Shown: piece after piece, positions 52,906 to 61,459 of the stretch
Layout: every line of letters starts with the position of its first letter
Numbering within the stretch: the first letter of the stretch is position 1
NCBI GenBank assembly: GCA_977020255.1
Contig: CDROCS010002432.1
Coordinates: 1-64,000 of the forward strand
Source of the DNA: Obrimoposthia wandeli
Taxonomy: Eukaryota
Direction: 5' to 3'
Length of the DNA stretch: 64,000 nucleotides
Position numbers and translations under genes: made by a program
The notes under the pieces: generated by a model
What the model was told of the DNA's origin: nothing
What the model saw: the letters and a program-made list of their open reading frames with translations, nothing else
Databases searched by the model: none

Positions 52906-53559
52906 TTAACCTAAATTGACCGGCTTTATGGTGTAATTACTGATGTCTTCTCCGTCATCTTTTATTGCGATAAAGCCTGTTCTACTTTTAAGCTTTTGCA
53001 AATAAGCCAGTGTTTGCGGCTGATAATGCGCGGCAAGTCCAAGTAACTCACCTAAATAAAGCGCATAACCGACGCTAATATCAGCGATAGTAAATTTATT
53101 CGCGACCAAAAAATCATGACCCTCTAAATGCAGATTTAATCGTTTTAAACGCGCTAAATACCAAATGGCATAGTCTTTAACCACCTGTGGCTGTTGACGT
53201 TCAGGCTGTTCAAATTGGCTATAACGCAACACTAATGTTTGTGGAAAGGTCAACGTAGCATCACTGCTAAACAACCAATTAAGATAAGCGCCATATTCAG
53301 GGTGACTAACCGGTAGACTAAAGTCCGTTTTTTCATAGCGCTCTGCAAGGTACAGTAACATCGCACTCGATTCTGTTAATGTGCTATCGCCATCTTTTAG
53401 AAAAGGTACGGTACCCAGTGGGTTCGTCTCTAAATAGGGCTTAGCTAAAAATCGTGGCGGAAAGGGCAGTGAGTTCAGTTTATATTCAAGCTTCATTTCT
53501 TCTAAAGCCCATAAAACGCGCAGTGAACGGGTATTGTGACAATGCCAAAGTTCGATCAT
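52906..53559 (-). CDS. Glutathione S-transferase family protein
   Basis: NTRSLRVLWALEE, NPLGTVP, TESSAM, FTIADISVGY. Confidence 0.9.
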   Translation of the reverse strand: MIELWHCHNTRSLRVLWALEEMKLEYKLNSLPFPPRFLAKPYLETNPLGTVPFLKDGDSTLTESSAMLLYLAERYEKTDFSLPVSHPEYGAYLNWLFSSDATLTFPQTLVLRYSQFEQPERQQPQVVKDYAIWYLARLKRLNLHLEGHDFLVANKFTIADISVGYALYLGELLGLAAHYQPQTLAYLQKLKSRTGFIAIKDDGEDISNYTIKPVNLG

Positions 53560-53623
53560 AGATAAATCCTGATTCATTTTTTTGAAATTACTATAACAGC
53601 CAAGTTCTAGCAACGATATTTAA

Positions 53624-53660
53624 TTTAGACCTTAGCGATAATATGGGGTAGAATGCGCGC
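53624..53660 (+). promoter_or_regulatory. Probable sigma70 promoter of rnpB with GC-rich discriminator
   Basis: TAGAAT -10 at 53649-53654 followed by GCGCGC, typical of stable-RNA promoters; TTAGAC about 18 bp upstream as candidate -35. Confidence 0.55.
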
Positions 53661-53661
53661 C

Positions 53662-54090
53662 GAGTTGACGAGACAATCGCTGCTTTATCGTTGTACTGCT
53701 TATTTATAAGTAGTAGACAGATAAGGGGGAGGAAAGTCCGGGCTCCAATGAACAGGGTGCCAGGTAACGCCTGGGGGGCGCGAGCCCACGACAAGTGCAG
53801 CAGAGAGAAGACCGCCGATGGTTATCTTTCGAGATTTCACAGGTAAGGCTGAAAGGGTGCGGTAAGAGCGCACCGGATTGCTGGTAACAGTAATTGCAGG
53901 GTAAACTCCACCCGGAGCAAGACCAAATAGGGTTTCATGACTAGGTTAACGCAAGTTTTCATAGTATAAGCGTGGTTCGCGTGGAAACCGGGTAGGTTGC
54001 TTGAGCCTTAGAGCGATTTAAGGCCTAGACGAATGATTGTCACTCTTCCTCGGAAGAGATACAAAACCCGGCTTATGCGTCATCTCAACT
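53662..54090 (+). ncRNA. rnpB: RNase P RNA, bacterial type A
   Basis: GAGGAAAGTCC (53729-53739), CAGGTAACGCCTG, GGTAAACTCC, ACAAAACCCGGCTTA; GAGTTGA...TCAAC terminal P1 pairing. Confidence 0.97.
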
Positions 54091-54100
54091 ATTTTTAGAT

Positions 54101-54136
54101 GCCGCTTAATTATTTAATCGATAGTTAAGCGGCTTT
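54101..54136 (+). terminator. rnpB terminator
   Basis: GCCGCTTAA...TTAAGCGGC-TTT. Confidence 0.75.
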
Positions 54137-54418
54137 CTAAAATCACTATAATATCAAGTTTTTACATTGTGAAATGGCACAGGGTTAGACACACAGTACA
54201 AACTTATTCACGTCTTATTTTACTCTCAAATATCTATTCAAACGTCACTACAAAGCACATTTACCCTCTAATTATTTCCTAATAAACTTGTTGTTCTAGA
54301 TTGTAATGTTCTAATGAAACTGTAGAGCTTTATAGCTTAAAATAAGTAAGACTTAAGGTATCAAAATGAGCAGAAAAAAATAACAGTCAGCCCACAGTAT
54401 AAACTCGAATACGCAAAA

Positions 54419-55555
54419 TTAGTTAATTACAGATTTCTCCACAATGACACTAGACTCTGAGTACCTAGGGTAATCTGTATAACCACGTGCATCACCACCA
54501 AACAATGTTGACGGATCAGTAATTTCGTTCAAAGGGAGTTCATGCTTAAAGCGATAAGGCAGATCAGGATTCGCTAAGAACTTTCGGCCATAAGCGATAA
54601 AGTCGACTAAACCTGAATCGATTAATTTCGCCCCTGTTTTTGCCGTGTAATTACCGGCAACAATGATACTGCCATTAAAATTTTCACGTAAAGCATGTCT
54701 AAAACCATCGCTTACTACGGGGGCATCATCCCAATCAGCCTCAGAAAGATGAATATAAGCTAGGCCCATATCATTAAACCTCTTACTTGCCAGCAAAATA
54801 GCATCAACTGCCTCTATATCGTCCATCCCCCGCTGTGTAATGAAAGGAGCTAAGCGAATACCAACTTTATTTGCACCTATTTCTTCACTCACCGCTTCAA
54901 TTACCTCAAGAACAAACCGTAATCGATTAATGATAGAACCACCGTATTCATCATCTCGCTTATTTGAACTACGTCGCATAAACTGATCGATTAAATAGCC
55001 ATTTCCACCATGAATTTCTATGCCATCAAACCCCGCTTTCATCGCGTTGCTAGCCGCATGACGGTAATCTTGAATGATGTCTTTAATATCTTGTCTTGAT
55101 AGCGCCCGTGGAACTGGGCAATCCACCATACGGCCAATACCATCTTCACCCACAACCCATACTTGTGCATCAGGTGCAATTGCAGATGGTGCAACCGGTA
55201 GTCCATCGACATGAAATGAAGCATGGGACATTCTTCCAACATGCCACAGCTGAGAAATAATATGCCCTTTTTCTCTATGAACTGCTTGAGTGACTTTTTT
55301 CCAACCAGCCACTTGCTCAGTAGTAAACATACCTGGCGTAAATGAGTAACCTTTTCCTTGAGGTGATATTTGCGTTGCTTCAGTAATAATAAAACCTGCG
55401 CTGGCACGTTGTGCGTAATATTCAGCCATTAATTCTGTTGGAATATCATCTGGCTGAGCCGTGCGAGAACGAGTCATTGGCGCTAATACTACGCGGTTGT
55501 TCGCTTCAAATGTGCCAATTGTTTTTGTGCTAAATAAAATTGATTTTTTCATCAT
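54419..55555 (-). CDS. Old yellow enzyme / alkene reductase (NemA-like)
   Basis: APMTRSR, YYAQRASAG, EIHGGNGYLIDQF, GRKFLANPDL. Confidence 0.93.
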   Translation of the reverse strand: MMKKSILFSTKTIGTFEANNRVVLAPMTRSRTAQPDDIPTELMAEYYAQRASAGFIITEATQISPQGKGYSFTPGMFTTEQVAGWKKVTQAVHREKGHIISQLWHVGRMSHASFHVDGLPVAPSAIAPDAQVWVVGEDGIGRMVDCPVPRALSRQDIKDIIQDYRHAASNAMKAGFDGIEIHGGNGYLIDQFMRRSSNKRDDEYGGSIINRLRFVLEVIEAVSEEIGANKVGIRLAPFITQRGMDDIEAVDAILLASKRFNDMGLAYIHLSEADWDDAPVVSDGFRHALRENFNGSIIVAGNYTAKTGAKLIDSGLVDFIAYGRKFLANPDLPYRFKHELPLNEITDPSTLFGGDARGYTDYPRYSESSVIVEKSVIN

Positions 55556-55914
55556 ATTTTTTCTCCTAAAAATTCAAGGTGTTTGTTAGTTTTATATTCA
55601 TACTGCTGCTTGTTTATTGCTATTTCTTGCTGCCCACTGAGTGGAAAAAGCATTTCGACAATTAACCCATCAGGGCTAATAATAAATACTTGTCGTTCAC
55701 CTGATAGCGGAACCACTTTTTCGGTATAGGTAAGTGCATGTATTCAGTCGCTCAAGAAGCGATTTGTTCAGCAATATGTATCAAGGGTTTATCGTCGTTA
55801 TAAATCCATACACCTTTAAATGGAAAAGAAGGACGTTCTAACCCTGAGTTTTGTTCAGAAGCGTGCCATTATTTTAAGGTCAGTCGTCAGTATCAAAATA
55901 TGGTTAATATTCAT
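55552..55914 (-). pseudogene. VOC/glyoxalase family pseudogene
   Basis: AGAGG RBS, MNINHILILTTDLKIMARF*, then LERPSFPFKGVWIY...LIHIAE and VVPLSGERQVFIISPDGLIVEMLF in shifted frames; its stop overlaps the OYE ATG (ATGA). Confidence 0.75.
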
Positions 55915-56026
55915 CTATATCCTCTTCACTATTCTGCATGTATTTTGTAAGTGAAATAATAGTTATTGCTCGTAATAAAAACAATTGGCATAATTATTAA
56001 AACACTCTTCCGAAAAACGAAATAAT

Positions 56027-56935
56027 ATGGACAAGCTCGGTGATATAGATCTTTTTGTTAGGGTTATCAAAAGCCAAGGTTTGGCAGCAGCAGGTAGAGA
56101 AGTAGGACTTTCACCGGCACGAATGACAGCGAGGATCAATGGATTGGAAGAAAGATATGGTGTTCGGCTGTTAAATAGGACAACCCGGCAGATTTCTCTT
56201 ACCGACGACGGTCGTAAATTTTATGTTGCATGTGAACGTATTTTAGATGAAGTTGAGCAGGCAGAAACCTCTTTGCAAATGGGTCAAACAAGCTTTAGCG
56301 GTACACTACGTATAACCGCGCCATCTGATTTAGGCCAACAACACATAGCCCCTGTTTTATCAGCATTTGTAGAGAAGAACCCGAATATCAAACCTTACCT
56401 TTATCTTTCAGATACCGTTACTGACTTAGTTGGTGACGGGTTTGATTTAGGGATTCGATTTGGCTCCCTAGAAGATAGTACCTTGATAGCACGTAAATTG
56501 GCGAGTAATCGTCGAGTATTATGCGCATCACCCGATTATCTTAAGCGCAAAGGTATACCTACAAGCCCCGATGCATTAATGCAGCATGACTGCTTAACAA
56601 TGGTGCGTATGACTGAACCACTAACGACTTGGCATTTTCAAAATACGGATGGGAAAAGATCTCTGTCCATTAAAGCTGCTAGATCGTCGAATGACGGAGC
56701 TTTGATAAGGCGCTGGGCCATTGAAGGCGCTGGTATTGCATTAAAGTCTTACTGGGATATTGCTGAGGATCTAAAAGCTAAACGCTTAATCACTATTATG
56801 GATAATTACAAACATGACTTTAATCGCACAGGAACGTCAGCTGGAGCTGATCTGCATGCTATTTATCCAAATAAAAAGTTCATTTCACAGCGTACACTGG
56901 CCTTTATTAATGCGTTGAAAGAGCATTTTCTTTAA
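56027..56935 (+). CDS. LysR-family regulator, divergent from the VOC/OYE operon
   Basis: HTH, LLNRTTRQISLT, GDGFDLGIR. Confidence 0.93.
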   Translation: MDKLGDIDLFVRVIKSQGLAAAGREVGLSPARMTARINGLEERYGVRLLNRTTRQISLTDDGRKFYVACERILDEVEQAETSLQMGQTSFSGTLRITAPSDLGQQHIAPVLSAFVEKNPNIKPYLYLSDTVTDLVGDGFDLGIRFGSLEDSTLIARKLASNRRVLCASPDYLKRKGIPTSPDALMQHDCLTMVRMTEPLTTWHFQNTDGKRSLSIKAARSSNDGALIRRWAIEGAGIALKSYWDIAEDLKAKRLITIMDNYKHDFNRTGTSAGADLHAIYPNKKFISQRTLAFINALKEHFL

Positions 56936-57069
56936 AAATATATCCTTAAATAGCTGGCAAGTGCAATAAATTATAAAAGCCGCATATTATGAATAAGTGT
57001 GTTTGACTTTTCAGTGTATTCATAAAGTGATTTAATATCATTAAACAGTATTATTAATAATTTGAGCCT

Positions 57070-57642
57070 ATGTATTCTAAAGCGATCAAACTAACTCAAG
57101 AATTTTTTATAGAACTCAATATTGAAAATGACATTATAGTCGAAGCTGCGCGACAGTTTAAAATAATTGTAATTCAACCTGATGAGGTGTTATTACATCA
57201 AGGAGAGCAACAGCAATATGGTTATCTCATCTTGTCTGGAATATTAAAAGCCTCTTATTATTCTAATACGGGCATCGAGTATTGTAAGGAATATTATTTT
57301 AAAGATGAAATGTGTTTTTTATATTCTGCTTGGCTAACGCAATCACCTGCTACGTATCAAATTAGTGCTTTAAACACTTCTGAACTAGTTAGAGTGCCTT
57401 TAAGCTTACTAAATCTAGAAAAATGGTTACCTGCTAAAGTAGCATTACTTCAACAACAGGTACTTTATAAAGAAGATAAAGAAATATTTTTACTTTTAAA
57501 AACACCTGAAGAACGGTACTTGCACTTACTTGAACATGCCCCTAAATGGGTATTTAGTCTTAATAACATTCAACTAGCTGCTTATATTGGTATCAGCCCT
57601 ATTAGTTTATCAAGAATAAAGAATAGAATTAATAATCGTTAA
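57070..57642 (+). CDS. Crp/Fnr-family cNMP-binding regulator
   Basis: LLHQGE, TPEERY, QLAAYIGISPISLSRIK. Confidence 0.88.
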   Translation: MYSKAIKLTQEFFIELNIENDIIVEAARQFKIIVIQPDEVLLHQGEQQQYGYLILSGILKASYYSNTGIEYCKEYYFKDEMCFLYSAWLTQSPATYQISALNTSELVRVPLSLLNLEKWLPAKVALLQQQVLYKEDKEIFLLLKTPEERYLHLLEHAPKWVFSLNNIQLAAYIGISPISLSRIKNRINNR

Positions 57643-57761
57643 ACAATCGATGTATTAACTAATAGTCTGCACAATGCATTAACTTAAGTTAACGCTTTCA
57701 AAATAGCTCACCCTCATAATATCCCTATAGATTCATCCATATATTCTCTAACGGAAAGAAA

Positions 57762-58280
57762 ATGTCAGTGTTTTTTTTGTCACAATTGTTAATTGGTATC
57801 GCCATAATATTTGACTTAGCTTCATTTCAATTTAAAGAACGACGTCACATAGTAGGTTGTTTATGTATTGCTGGGGTTCTTATTTCTAGTCATTTTATTT
57901 TACTTCAACAGTATACAGCCGCGGGGTTAATGATGGTGGCTGTAATTCGTTATTTCTCAAGCATATTCACGACATCTAAATTAATCATGTCAATTTTTAT
58001 TATTTGTTCATTGCTTTTGACCACCCTTACATACACAGGAGTTGTAAGTCTTTTAAGTTGTATAGGGTCTGTAATACAAACGGTAGCTGCATTTAATCAA
58101 AATGATAAAAAATTGCGACAATTAATGATTGTTGGTACCAGTTTTTGGTTGTTCCATAATTACCTTGTAGACTCTCCTATGGCTGTAATTATGGAGGCTT
58201 TATTCATTGGTAGTAACTTGGTAGGTTACTATCGGTTCTATATAAAAACCAATGGAAAAAGCATGAAAAACAATTGTTAA
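57762..58280 (+). CDS. YgjV-family inner membrane protein
   Basis: SQLL...SFQFKERR, HFILL, WLFHNYLVDSP. Confidence 0.85.
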   Translation: MSVFFLSQLLIGIAIIFDLASFQFKERRHIVGCLCIAGVLISSHFILLQQYTAAGLMMVAVIRYFSSIFTTSKLIMSIFIICSLLLTTLTYTGVVSLLSCIGSVIQTVAAFNQNDKKLRQLMIVGTSFWLFHNYLVDSPMAVIMEALFIGSNLVGYYRFYIKTNGKSMKNNC

Positions 58281-58543
58281 GTTTTTAAACAGTCAAGTAA
58301 ATCAAAAAATAAAGTCATGTTGTTTAAACTGCACTATCAACCGATGCAATAGCATTTTTCTATCTCATTTCGGGGGCGTTAACGTATTAGGTTGATGGTC
58401 TAAATTCTTCTGCTTCGAAAATAGTCTATATCAGGCGCCGCTTAAATATTTAGGATTTCTGCAAATACTTAAAGCAAACTGGATGTGGTTTACTAAAGTA
58501 CACATGCTCTACATTTACAAGAAAAACAAGGGGTGGGGGCTAA

Positions 58544-58613
58544 CTTGTGTGTCATCTCATCAATTTCATATGCCGCTTGATTATCTAATCGATAGTTAAG
58601 CGCCTTTCTAAAA
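58544..58613 (+). repeat. Degenerate copy of the rnpB 3' end and terminator
   Basis: Aligns to 54072-54142 at about 61 of 71 positions by hand (40 of 43 over the terminator part). Confidence 0.88.
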
Positions 58614-58968
58614 CCTCATCACTTCAATCTAAATCATTACAATAAAAAATGGTTTTCAGTTAACTATACGGCAAGTATTTTGCTCTCTTTATCTACTATT
58701 TTACTCTAAATATCACCGCGAAATATATGCGCCTTATAATTTTCCGGATAAACTTTTTAGCTCGAACTGTGGATCGTCACAAATAATGAAAAACGCGTCA
58801 TACGATGAGAAAATTTAATATTTAACTTACAACAGAGAAAGGTATTGTAACTCGTCAACGCTTCAGTAAGGTCAGCTCAGATACGATACCAGAAGTTAAC
58901 ATCAATGACTTTTTGAGCTATTTTACGTGTCAGAACAAGTAGGTTTACCTTTGTCCTGACAAACAACT

Positions 58969-59320
58969 CACAGCAAGGTTATTTAAAAAACTTTCAATTT
59001 CATGATTTCCCATATCTTCGGGATGCTTCTTATCATTAAATATAATGAAACTTTTAATCCAATATAAGTAACCTGAACTCTGGATAAGTAGCACTTGCTC
59101 TAACCCATTACCTGCGTTAAAACGTCGATAAATAGCTCGCTATTCATAAACGTTCTGCCTTGGAAATGGCATAAAATGAAGCATTGATGGTGTCTATTAG
59201 TAATTTTCACCTTGTTATAGTATTTACTTTGCCACCTAAGATTTTGATTAACTTGAGTATTAAGTACTCATTATCCAGAATTCAGGTTAAGTATACTTTT
59301 TCTGTTTGTAGACTGTATCT
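58969..59320 (-). pseudogene. intI: Integron-integrase N-terminal (SAM-like) relic, split by a MITE
   Basis: After removing 59071-59287 and one TSD copy: RYSLQTEKVYLYWIKSFIIFNDKKHPEDMGNHEIESFLNNLAV, characteristic of the IntI N-terminus. Confidence 0.82.
59071..59287. mobile_element. 217-bp MITE-like element
   Basis: Terminal inverted repeats ACCTGAACTCTGGATAA / TTATCCAGAATTCAGGT (16 of 17); perfect flanking direct repeat TAAGTA at 59065-59070 and 59288-59293; no ORF. Confidence 0.88.
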
Positions 59321-59398
59321 AAATGCAAGTAGAGCAGTAAACCGATAACAAGGGTTTTCACGTAGCACCGTAATTTGAGGCTGTTTTTTCTAAAATAG

Positions 59399-59467
59399 AA
59401 ATTCTACAGGCTTGTTAGCTCTGTGGAGTCTAAGTTGAAACTGTATAAATTCTAAAGGCTCGTTAGC
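59399..59467 (+). repeat. Two 21-bp direct repeats ending in GTTAGC (attI-like?)
   Basis: AAATTCTACAGGCTTGTTAGC (59399) and AAATTCTAAAGGCTCGTTAGC (59447), 19 of 21 identical. Confidence 0.65.
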
Positions 59468-59570
59468 AGTATGACAATGACCTGTCGTTAAGCTGACGTA
59501 AAGATGTCGTATACAAAAAAGTAGTTTTTTAGCAGGATATAGTTTCAATATATTTATGTGAGAAATACAA

Positions 59571-59726
59571 ATGGAAAACTCAAAGAATAACAATTTTGTG
59601 ATAAGTTTAATGTTAACGACGATAGGTACGGTATTGACTACTATAAAAGTCGATTATTATTTAGATATTGCTGTTTTAAGTGTGGCGGTTGTTATTGGTG
59701 TACTTGGTTGTACAAAAGATAAATAG
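59571..59726 (+). CDS. Putative 51-aa membrane peptide
   Basis: MENSKNNNFVISLMLTTIGTVLTTIKVDYYLDIAVLSVAVVIGVLGCTKDK*, two hydrophobic stretches, weak RBS. Confidence 0.4.
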   Translation: MENSKNNNFVISLMLTTIGTVLTTIKVDYYLDIAVLSVAVVIGVLGCTKDK

Positions 59727-59747
59727 TAAGTGAACTGCTACAAGTGA

Positions 59748-59774
59748 TAAAAGGGTCATAGCCGTTTTAAGAAG
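59748..59774 (+). repeat. Dispersed 27-bp repeat, copy 2
   Basis: TAAAAGGGTCATAGCCGTTTTAAGAAG, 26 of 27 identical to the reverse complement of 3833-3859. Confidence 0.8.
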
Positions 59775-59849
59775 GAAGTAATCTACAATAAAGGGGCCGT
59801 TTACGCAGCACATATAATCGGCTGTAGCCTCATAAAAACATAAAAATTT

Positions 59850-59873
59850 AAAAGGCAGCCTAAGCTGCCTTTT
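59850..59873. terminator. Terminator
   Basis: AAAAGGCAGC-CTAA-GCTGCCTTTT. Confidence 0.8.
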
Positions 59874-59892
59874 GTCATTTAAAAAATCGTAT

Positions 59893-60447
59893 TTACTTAA
59901 TGAATTTTTTAAATGGTGCATCTACAGGCGTATCAGCAAGGTGATTCGTGTAGTTGCTCATCACTTTTTGCGATAAACCTACAATAATTTCAAGTAGTTG
60001 TTGTTTACCATAACCCGCTGCAAAAAATGTCTCGATTTGCTCATCGCTAATAACACCGCGTTCACGTGTCATGGCTAATGTTGTTTCGCGTAGTGCTTCT
60101 AATTTAGGGTTGGCAAGTGGTGTTTTGTTTACCAGAGCATCAACAATATCTTGGTCAACGTTCATTGAAGCTGCAATTGCGCTATGAGCAGGTACACAGT
60201 AATGGCAGTTATGTTCAACGTTAATTGATTGCCATACTACGGTAAGCTCTTCTGCATTGAATGATGTTTTTTGAAATAAATCATGCAGTACTTGGTAACC
60301 CTTAAGTAATGTTGGTGCTTCAGCCATTACTGCGTGTAAGTTAGGTAACATACCAAATGCAGCTACTGAATCAGCCATTAAAGGTTTTGCTTCTTCAGGT
60401 GCGTTTTCTGCCGTGTATAAAGTAAATTCTGTCATGTTTAATTCCAA
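59893..60447 (-). CDS. Carboxymuconolactone decarboxylase / AhpD-like protein
   Basis: FGMLPNL, EHNCHYCVPAH CxxC motif, KVMSNYTNH. Confidence 0.9.
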   Translation of the reverse strand: MELNMTEFTLYTAENAPEEAKPLMADSVAAFGMLPNLHAVMAEAPTLLKGYQVLHDLFQKTSFNAEELTVVWQSINVEHNCHYCVPAHSAIAASMNVDQDIVDALVNKTPLANPKLEALRETTLAMTRERGVISDEQIETFFAAGYGKQQLLEIIVGLSQKVMSNYTNHLADTPVDAPFKKFIK

Positions 60448-60546
60448 TAAATAATTAGGTTTAAGTAACTTCGGAACACATAGTATTTGATTTTGAGCGA
60501 CTGTTCAAGTTAAAATTGAGCGACTGTTCAATTTATTGAGAATGAT

Positions 60547-61134
60547 ATGGCTAATAAAGTTAAATTCGAACGCGAGAATGTTATTCGCGTTGCTAGCCAG
60601 CTATTTTGGCAAAAAGGTTTTCATGCCACATCAACACGTGATTTACAAGATGTTGTTAATATGCGCCCAGGTAGTATTTATGCCGCATTTGGCTCTAAGG
60701 AAGGGCTATACAGTGAGTCATTAAAAGATTACACCGTACAAATGAAAGATCAGATAGAGGGTTTTTTATCGAGCGCTGATACAGTTCTTAGTGGGTTACG
60801 TGCGTTTGTAGAGAATGTCATCATTAATACAAAAGATTGTAGTCCAAGTGCTATTTGTATGTTGGTTAAAGCAAACAGTGAATTTGCAGAAAAAGACTCG
60901 AATTTATATCAGTTGACTATAGATTTATCTGCCCAGTTTGAACGCTATTTAACACAATTGTTTGACCAAGCCATTAACCATGGCGAGCTAAATAGTAGGC
61001 TTACAGCCCTTGAGTATGCCCGTTTTTTTCAGGTGCAATTTACCGGGTTACGCGGTTACTTTAATCGCCCAAATGTGGCGCCGTTAGCTGAGCCAATGAT
61101 CAATCAAATGTTTATGTTAATGAAGAACCTATAA
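60547..61134 (+). CDS. TetR/AcrR-family regulator
   Basis: LFWQKGFHATS, PGSIYAAFGSKEGL; divergent from the AhpD-like gene. Confidence 0.92.
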   Translation: MANKVKFERENVIRVASQLFWQKGFHATSTRDLQDVVNMRPGSIYAAFGSKEGLYSESLKDYTVQMKDQIEGFLSSADTVLSGLRAFVENVIINTKDCSPSAICMLVKANSEFAEKDSNLYQLTIDLSAQFERYLTQLFDQAINHGELNSRLTALEYARFFQVQFTGLRGYFNRPNVAPLAEPMINQMFMLMKNL

Positions 61135-61459
61135 CAGCATTAATAATACGCATATGAAATATTTTTCATTCGCTAAAAACGCCAGTTATTGCAGGTAATG
61201 ATTAAGCCCAATCCATACGCTACTCATTTTGACCAATGATTGCCTTATGAATAGTTAAATAGCTGTTATTGCCGGCTATAAAGCAACTTATAATTATTCC
61301 CAAGCCTGAGGGGATATTAGGAGAAGCAAAAATATTTTTAAGCGCTTTGTCACTGTGTTGAATCGCTTTTTATTTAAAAATATCGCACAGAAAAACAATT
61401 AGTGTATACACTGATTGAATTATTTACATAAGCACATTATTTACATAAGCCATTACTTG

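Noticed and set aside
58880-58980. Plus-strand peptide VYLCPDKQL resembling IS1182/IS5 transposase
   Set aside because: Too short, flanked by stops, and the adjacent minus-strand frame is better explained as the IntI relic
58280-59890. attC cassette sites near the intI relic (e.g. GGGGGCGTTAAC near 58375; ATCTACAA near 59781)
   Set aside because: No paired RYYYAAC...GTTRRRY ends with a supporting internal palindrome could be built by eye
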